Source: Desulfobacteraceae bacterium (GTDB lineage Bacteria; Desulfobacterota; Desulfobacteria; Desulfobacterales; Desulfobacteraceae). Taken from it: DNA of 10,284 bases. Below, piece by piece: positions 5,846-10,284 of the stretch. Where the stretch lies: NCBI GenBank assembly GCA_050293905.1, contig JBNKNP010000073.1, positions 1 through 10,284 on the forward strand, written 5' to 3'. Each line of letters opens with the position of its first letter. Position 1 is the first letter of the stretch. A program made the translations under genes and the position numbers. Under the pieces are notes generated by a model, which worked only from the letters and a program-made list of their open reading frames with translations, did not search any database and was not told the origin of the DNA.

Positions 5846-6946
5846 ATGATATGTAAAACAATGATAAACAAATATGAAAAAGGGCTTTTATTTAAAGACA
5901 ACGAATGTATCGCCATTCTGGACAAGGGATATCATCTTTATCCGGATGTGTTTTCCCGGTACAGAATCGAGAAGGTCAAGCTTGGCGACCCATGGTTTGC
6001 GCATAAAGACCTGCGGCTGATTGTTTTGTCGGGTCTGCTTGAAAACCACGCTGAAATCATCGACCTGAAGGATGACCAAAGAGCGCTGGTATGGATGGAC
6101 AACCGGTTCAACAGGGTCCTTGGCCCGGGCCTGTACGCCGTATGGAAAGGGGGTGCCGACATCCGGATCGAGACCGTGACCACCGAAAATATACGGTTTG
6201 AGCACAGCCAGGCACATGCCATATCAAATGCTGCATCTGCCGCGGAACAAATGGATATTGTTGATGTCGTCCAGGGGTCTATCTGTCTGTTTTACAACAA
6301 CGGAAAACTGGAGGCAGAATTAAAGCCGGGCAGGTATCTGTTCTGGAAAAAAACGGCAAAAACACATTTTTATCATATTGACATGCGTGAAAATGTTATT
6401 GATATTTCAGGACAGGAGATCATGACCTCGGACAAAGTTACCCTGAGACTGAATGCTGTATTATGTTATAAAGTCCATGATGCGGCAAAATCAGTCAGCA
6501 CTGCCGGGGAGTCTGTGCAGGCCCTGTACAGGGAAACCCAGCTGGCGTTGCGCTCGGTTGTGGGAACCTATGAAATCGATACCCTTTTGTCGGAAAAAGA
6601 AAGGGTAGCCAAAGATCTTGAAGCGGCAGCCGCAAAAAGAGCCGGGGATTTCGGGGTCACTGTCATTTCACTGGGCATCCGGGATATTATCCTGCCGGGT
6701 GAAATGAAGACCCTGCTCAACCGTGTCATTGAAGCCAGGAAAGCAGCCGATGCCAACCTGATCACCCGAAGGGAAGAGACAGCGGCCATCCGCAGCCAGG
6801 CGAACACGGCAAAAATTCTTGAGCAGAACCCGACCCTGATGCGGCTTCGGGAGCTTGATCTTCTGGAAAAAATAGCCTGCGACTCCAAAATGAGCATCGT
6901 TCTTGGAGAAAAAGGGCTGGCAGACAGGATCGTTAATTTATTATAA
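5846..6946 (+). CDS. SPFH/Band-7 (stomatin/prohibitin/flotillin/HflC-like) domain protein with no detectable transmembrane anchor. It is the first gene of the RtcR-controlled operon
   Basis: Residues from about 150 to the C-terminus follow the SPFH pattern: TSDKVTLRLNAVLCYKVHDAAKSV (the TkDnV-V-vda-v-yrV-dp type segment), ALRSVVGTYEIDTLLSEKERVAKDLEAA, GVTVISLGIRDIILPGEMK, and a C-terminal coiled-coil-like AEARKAADANLITRREETAAIRSQANTAKILEQNPTLMRLRELDLLEKIA. The N-terminal roughly 150 aa is a beta-rich extension with two copies of a GPG/PGRY-type strand motif (NRVLGPGLYAVWKGGADIRIE and ELKPGRYLFWKKTAKTHFYHIDMREN). I see no stretch hydrophobic enough for a TM helix. A good SD (AAGGAAAAG) is centred about 10 nt before the ATG at 5846. 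Confidence 0.8.
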   Translation: MICKTMINKYEKGLLFKDNECIAILDKGYHLYPDVFSRYRIEKVKLGDPWFAHKDLRLIVLSGLLENHAEIIDLKDDQRALVWMDNRFNRVLGPGLYAVWKGGADIRIETVTTENIRFEHSQAHAISNAASAAEQMDIVDVVQGSICLFYNNGKLEAELKPGRYLFWKKTAKTHFYHIDMRENVIDISGQEIMTSDKVTLRLNAVLCYKVHDAAKSVSTAGESVQALYRETQLALRSVVGTYEIDTLLSEKERVAKDLEAAAAKRAGDFGVTVISLGIRDIILPGEMKTLLNRVIEARKAADANLITRREETAAIRSQANTAKILEQNPTLMRLRELDLLEKIACDSKMSIVLGEKGLADRIVNLL

Positions 6947-7009
6947 GAAATCATCCCGGCCCTGCCATTTTTGATGCTGGCCGGGGTGTTAAAAAAGAAA
7001 GGTTTAACA

Positions 7010-8029
7010 ATGATTGTCATTGACGGATCATACGGAGAAGGAGGCGGTCAGATTTTACGGACATCGCTTGCGCTCTCCCTTGTGACGGGAAAACCGTTCC
7101 GGATCGAAAATATCCGGTCCGGGCGAAAAAAACCCGGTCTGATGCGGCAGCACCTGACGGCACTCAATGCTGCCGCTGAAATCGGAAATGCCACCGTGTC
7201 GGGCAGCCGTACCGGCTCCACCCGGTTTACCTTTGAGCCGGAAAGTATCCGGGCAGGGAATTACCGGTTTGCCGTGGGAACGGCCGGAAGCTGCACCCTG
7301 GTGCTCCAGACCATTCTGCCGGCCTTGCTTGCGGCAGGCGGGCCGTCTGAAGTTGTTCTGGAAGGCGGGACACATAATCCCTTTGCACCGCCCTATGATT
7401 TTCTGGAAAAAGCCTTTTTGCCGGTGCTGTCAAAAATGGGCGCTGAAATCAGCCCCAGACTTTCCGGCTATGGTTTTTATCCTGCCGGCGGCGGACGCTT
7501 TTCCGTCTCCATCTGCCCGCCGGAGAAACTGAAGCCCATAGAGCTGATGCAGCGGGGGGCGCTCCTTAACATCAGGGCCACGGCTTTAGTGGCAAATGTG
7601 CCGGAGCATGTTGCCCAAAGAGAACTTCATATGGTTGAAAACAAACTGGGCTGGCCGGCAGATTGTCTGACAGCCCGGGTGGTGAAAAACTCTCCGGGAC
7701 CGGGTAATATTTTGAGCCTTGCTGTCCAGAGTGAAGCCGTAACCGAAATTTTCACCGGTTTTGGTGAAAAAGGGGTGTCAGCAGAACGGGTGGCAAAAAA
7801 GGCGATCCGCCTGGCAAAAGAATATCTTGCTTCTGATGCGCCTGTCGGCAGATATCTGGCAGACCAGCTGCTGGTGCCCATGAGCCTTGCCGGCGGCGGC
7901 AGATACCGGACATTGCCTTTGACTCGGCATACAACGACCAACATCGATATTATTAAAAAATTTATTGATATCGATATACGAACAGAAAAAATCGATAATA
8001 CCTGTTTTGACATTATTATCGGAGGATAA
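7010..8029 (+). CDS. rtcA: RNA 3'-terminal phosphate cyclase RtcA
   Basis: Motifs match E. coli RtcA as I remember it: IDGSYGEGGGQILRTSLALS, KPGLMRQHLTALNAA, YRFAVGTAGSCTLVLQTILPAL, NPFAPPYDF, GFYPAGGG, GPGNILSL, VSAERVAKKA, YLADQLLVPM. The ORF track begins at 6971 (MMLAGV...). The more likely start is the in-frame ATG at 7010 (MIVIDGS), which is preceded by AAAGAAAGG. That gives 339 aa against about 338 aa for E. coli RtcA. Confidence 0.95.
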   Translation: MIVIDGSYGEGGGQILRTSLALSLVTGKPFRIENIRSGRKKPGLMRQHLTALNAAAEIGNATVSGSRTGSTRFTFEPESIRAGNYRFAVGTAGSCTLVLQTILPALLAAGGPSEVVLEGGTHNPFAPPYDFLEKAFLPVLSKMGAEISPRLSGYGFYPAGGGRFSVSICPPEKLKPIELMQRGALLNIRATALVANVPEHVAQRELHMVENKLGWPADCLTARVVKNSPGPGNILSLAVQSEAVTEIFTGFGEKGVSAERVAKKAIRLAKEYLASDAPVGRYLADQLLVPMSLAGGGRYRTLPLTRHTTTNIDIIKKFIDIDIRTEKIDNTCFDIIIGG

Positions 8030-8034
8030 ATAAA

Positions 8035-9252
8035 ATGGAATGGATTAAAGACGAAAAAAAATACAAAGTACATATTAAATCCTGGTGCAGGGACGTGGAA
8101 AGCATGGCCATGTCCCAGGCGGAAGATCTGGCACAGCACCCGTGCGTTTTCAGACATGTCGCCCTGATGCCGGACTGTCATCCGGGATACGGGATGCCCA
8201 TCGGTGGTGTGATCGCCTGCAGGGATGCGGTCATTCCCAACGCCGTCGGTGTGGATATCGGATGCGGTATGGGTGCTGTAAAAACCAGTATCCGTATTCC
8301 AAAGCCCGTTGATAAGCCGGCTCTCCGGGAGGTGACGGACCGGGTGAAGGAACTTATCCCCTGCGGAGAGGGGCGATCCCATTTAAAACCGCAGAAGTGG
8401 CAGGGGATGCCTCAAAAGCTTGAAGCATTCGCTGACCGGGGCTGGTATTGCGAACATGTCACGGTCCTTGCTAAAAAGAACCTGGGATCCCTGGGCGGCG
8501 GTAATCATTTTATTGAAGTCCAGGCCGGCGATGACGGATTTATCTGGCTGATGATCCACTCCGGCTCCCGTCATCTGGGCAACATGATCGCAAGGTATTA
8601 CAACAAAATCGCCGTGGACCTGAATGAAAAATGGAAGGCTGATGTCCCGGGAAAAGACCTTGCTTTTCTTCCGGTGGATTCACAGGAAGGGCAGGCCTAT
8701 ATCAAAGATATGAATTTTGCCCTGGAATATGCCCGGGAAAACCGCAGAAGAATCATGGAAAATTTCATGGCAGCATTCTCTTTGGTTTTTACGGATGCCG
8801 AGTTCGGCCGGACAGTGAATATTCACCATAATTATGCTTCGCTGGAGAACCATTTCGGGGAAAATGTCTGGGTTCACCGCAAAGGCGCCACGTCTGCCCG
8901 GAAAGGAGAGACCGGTATCATCCCCGGCTCCATGGGCGCTCCGTCCTATATTGTGGAAGGACTTGGCAATCCTGATTCATTTACTTCCTGCTCCCACGGT
9001 GCAGGCCGGGTGCTGGGACGGAATCAGGCATCCAATACCCTGACGCTGGAAGAATGTGATCACGCCATGGGCGATATCGTCTATGACCGGTGGAATAAAC
9101 GCCGGGGCTGGAAAAAGAAAAAAGGTGGTGGAAAATTTGACCTTGGTGAGGCCCCCCAGGCCTATAAAGACATTGACCAGGTTATCAGCGCCGAGCTTGA
9201 CCTGATCAGACCTGTTGTAAAACTGTGGCCGCTCGCGGTTGTCAAGGGATAA
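8035..9252 (+). CDS. rtcB: RNA-splicing ligase RtcB (3'-phosphate/5'-OH RNA ligase)
   Basis: 405 aa with motifs matching E. coli RtcB: HVALMPDCHPGYGMPIGGVIA, VGVDIGCGM, GGGNHFIEVQ, HSGSRHLGN, HHNYASLENHFGENVWVHRKGA, IIPGSMGAPSYIVEGLGNPDSFTSCSHGAGRV, AYKDIDQVI, and C-terminal VKLWPLAVVKG. A GGAGG SD lies 8 nt before the ATG. It starts 5 nt after the rtcA stop, so the two are translationally coupled. Confidence 0.95.
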   Translation: MEWIKDEKKYKVHIKSWCRDVESMAMSQAEDLAQHPCVFRHVALMPDCHPGYGMPIGGVIACRDAVIPNAVGVDIGCGMGAVKTSIRIPKPVDKPALREVTDRVKELIPCGEGRSHLKPQKWQGMPQKLEAFADRGWYCEHVTVLAKKNLGSLGGGNHFIEVQAGDDGFIWLMIHSGSRHLGNMIARYYNKIAVDLNEKWKADVPGKDLAFLPVDSQEGQAYIKDMNFALEYARENRRRIMENFMAAFSLVFTDAEFGRTVNIHHNYASLENHFGENVWVHRKGATSARKGETGIIPGSMGAPSYIVEGLGNPDSFTSCSHGAGRVLGRNQASNTLTLEECDHAMGDIVYDRWNKRRGWKKKKGGGKFDLGEAPQAYKDIDQVISAELDLIRPVVKLWPLAVVKG

Positions 9253-9300
9253 TCCCAACATGGCGATTCACGGTGGTACAGCCGCCGTGAACAAACCGTT

Positions 9301-9322
9301 GGATGGGTTGGCCGGCAATAAA
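9301..9322 (-). terminator. Rho-independent terminator on the minus strand, serving the convergent Cys-rich ORF and the KamA-family transcript
   Basis: Plus strand: AAAAAA (9301-9306), GCGGGG (9307-9312), TTAT, CCCTGC (9317-9322). On the minus strand this reads GCAGGG-ATAA-CCCCGC followed by TTTTTT, a 6-bp stem including one G-U pair. It sits immediately after the stop of the 9332-9688 ORF. It could also act weakly for rtcB on the plus strand. Confidence 0.5.
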
Positions 9323-9331
9323 AAAGCGGGG

Positions 9332-9688
9332 TTATCCCTGCTGCCTCTTCTTGATGAGTTGAATGACCTCCCTGTTGAACGCACATTCACAAAAAGCGTC
9401 ACAGCGGTCAAGCGAATCTTTGTCCAGGCAATAGCTGGGGCATTCTTCCTTTCGGTTTTTGCGTTCCTCATACCTCTTCCCTTTATACATGCTTATAAAT
9501 TCTTTTGCTTTGATGGTCAGGGTGGTAAAGCATCCTTCTTTTTTATGGGTAAAATAAAAAAGCCCGAGTTCAAGTTTTTTAAAGTTTGCCACATACCCGA
9601 TTATTTCAAGGGAAGCATCATCAAGAAAATCGTCCCGGGTTTCCCATTTGGTCTGACATAGAGGGCATGTTTTGAATGATCCTGTCAT
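9332..9688 (-). CDS. Small Cys-rich protein of unknown function (118 aa; putative zinc-ribbon type)
   Basis: An N-terminal CxxC (TCPLCQTKWE) and a C-terminal cysteine cluster (CPSYC...C....C.C) suggest metal binding. It is on the same strand as, and downstream of, the KamA-family gene, and is followed by the terminator at 9322-9301. I prefer it over the overlapping plus-strand 140-aa ORF (9239-9661), which reads as low-complexity and hydrophobic. The SD is weak (GGAAA about 17 nt upstream). I do not recognise a family. Confidence 0.4.
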   Translation of the reverse strand: MTGSFKTCPLCQTKWETRDDFLDDASLEIIGYVANFKKLELGLFYFTHKKEGCFTTLTIKAKEFISMYKGKRYEERKNRKEECPSYCLDKDSLDRCDAFCECAFNREVIQLIKKRQQG

Positions 9689-9806
9689 GGTTATTTTTTT
9701 ATTTGTTTCCTTTTATGGTCCTTAATCGTTACGCTAAAAAAAAGATTTAAGTGGTAATATAATACGCTGGAATGCTTTTTCAAGCAAAAGTTATGAGAAG
9801 ATTCCA

Positions 9807-9840
9807 GGGCCATCGTGATGAATGCCAACCACGATGGCCC
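9807..9840. repeat. Perfect 11-bp inverted repeat hairpin (12-nt loop) in the KamA / Cys-rich ORF intergenic region
   Basis: GGGCCATCGTG (9807-9817), ATGAATGCCAAC (loop), CACGATGGCCC (9830-9840). Exact reverse complements. Confidence 0.5.
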
Positions 9841-9862
9841 AAAAGATGCTTTTTAAGGTTTG

Positions 9863-9884
9863 CGGCCGGAAAAAGATCCGGCCG
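9863..9884. repeat. GC-rich 8-bp hairpin immediately downstream of the KamA-family stop
   Basis: CGGCCGGA (9863-9870), AAAAGA (loop), TCCGGCCG (9877-9884). No T-run follows on either strand, so it is not a canonical intrinsic terminator. Confidence 0.4.
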
Positions 9885-9903
9885 TCTGCCGGGGCATTAT
9901 ATG

Positions 9904-10284
9904 TTAAGCCACCGAGCGGGTTTTATTGTCGCTTTGGTCCAGAGTAATCATGTGCGGCAGGCAGTGACCGGAAGTGTTGTTTTCCAGTCTTGCAAACAGG
10001 CGCCTGGCTTCATCGCGGGTGACCATGAAATGCCGTACGCCAGGGGCAAAGATGCCATAGGCGGCGTAATAAGCCAGTACCCGGTTCCTGGCCAATTTTT
10101 CATACATCCGTTTCAGCACGACAGCATCGTCGTTAATGCCTTTCAGGAGCGGGCCCTGCTGCAGCATGATGATTCCCGCATCGGCCAGCAGATTGAGTTT
10201 TTCCTCGCAATAGGGCGTTACCTCGGCCGGATGAACAAAAGAGAGGGATAGAAAAACCGGCTTGTATCTGGTCAGCATGTCCAC
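9904..10284 (-). CDS. KamA-family radical-SAM aminomutase-like protein (lysine 2,3-aminomutase / EpmB-like), C-terminal portion only; the 5' end lies beyond the window
   Basis: The translation contains LSLSFVHPAEVT (compare the conserved HxNHPxEIT block of KamA/EpmB proteins), LADAGIIMLQQGPLLKGINDD (compare the AGV-x-NQxVLLRGVND block) and a following YY-containing segment. The ORF is open to the window edge at 10284, and the TAA stop is at 9904-9906 on the minus strand. No CxxxCxxC cluster is visible because the N-terminus is outside the window. Confidence 0.6.
   Translation of the reverse strand: MDMLTRYKPVFLSLSFVHPAEVTPYCEEKLNLLADAGIIMLQQGPLLKGINDDAVVLKRMYEKLARNRVLAYYAAYGIFAPGVRHFMVTRDEARRLFARLENNTSGHCLPHMITLDQSDNKTRSVA

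Noticed and set aside
5888-7020. Minus-strand ORFs antisense to the SPFH gene (5888-6217, 5938-6222, 6568-7020)
   Set aside because: Shadow ORFs. The plus-strand frame carries the SPFH domain signature and a strong SD.
7055-8382. ORFs overlapping rtcA and rtcB (7055-7375 -, 7167-7532 +, 7227-7433 -, 7627-8382 - at 251 aa, 7752-7934 -, 8085-8312 +)
   Set aside because: rtcA and rtcB match well-characterised families along their whole lengths. The 251-aa antisense ORF spans the rtcA/rtcB junction and has a Pro/Gly/Arg-rich composition typical of antisense reading of a GC-rich gene.
9239-10251. Plus-strand ORFs 9239-9661 (140 aa) and 9772-10251 (159 aa)
   Set aside because: The first overlaps the Cys-rich minus-strand ORF and reads as hydrophobic and low-complexity with no SD. 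The second is antisense to the KamA-family gene and spans the hairpin-rich intergenic region. Both are more likely shadow ORFs, though the 9239-9661 versus 9332-9688 choice is not fully settled.
1-10284. CRISPR arrays, rRNA genes, integrons
   Set aside because: No regularly spaced direct repeats, no rRNA-like conserved blocks and no attC or attI-like structures were seen on inspection.

Overview
This 10.3-kb bacterial window has moderate GC, typical Shine-Dalgarno sites, and sigma-54-dependent regulation. Its core is an rtc RNA-repair locus. rtcR (minus strand, 3560-5164) encodes a CARF plus sigma-54-activator protein. It is divergent from a near-consensus sigma-54 -24/-12 promoter at 5321-5337. 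That promoter would drive a roughly 500-nt structured leader, then a gene for a soluble SPFH/Band-7 protein (5846-6946), then rtcA (7010-8029) and rtcB (8035-9252). The leader contains a degenerate tRNA-like module at 5462-5534. The rtcA-before-rtcB order and the SPFH gene sitting where Salmonella has rsr (Ro60) and the Y RNA genes are both unusual. I flag the tRNA-like leader plus SPFH-RtcA-RtcB unit as the most interesting candidate for a poorly described system. Upstream of the rtc locus are three things: the N-terminus of an IS3-family OrfA-like transposase that runs off the left edge (minus strand), a Fic-domain protein with a C-terminal winged HTH that appears to be missing its 5' end, and a multi-pass membrane HAMP plus PP2C (SpoIIE/RsbU-like) phosphatase. 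Downstream, convergent with rtcB, are a small Cys-rich ORF and the C-terminal part of a KamA-family radical-SAM aminomutase-like gene that runs off the right edge. There are several strong hairpins and inverted repeats. I found no CRISPR array and no rRNA.
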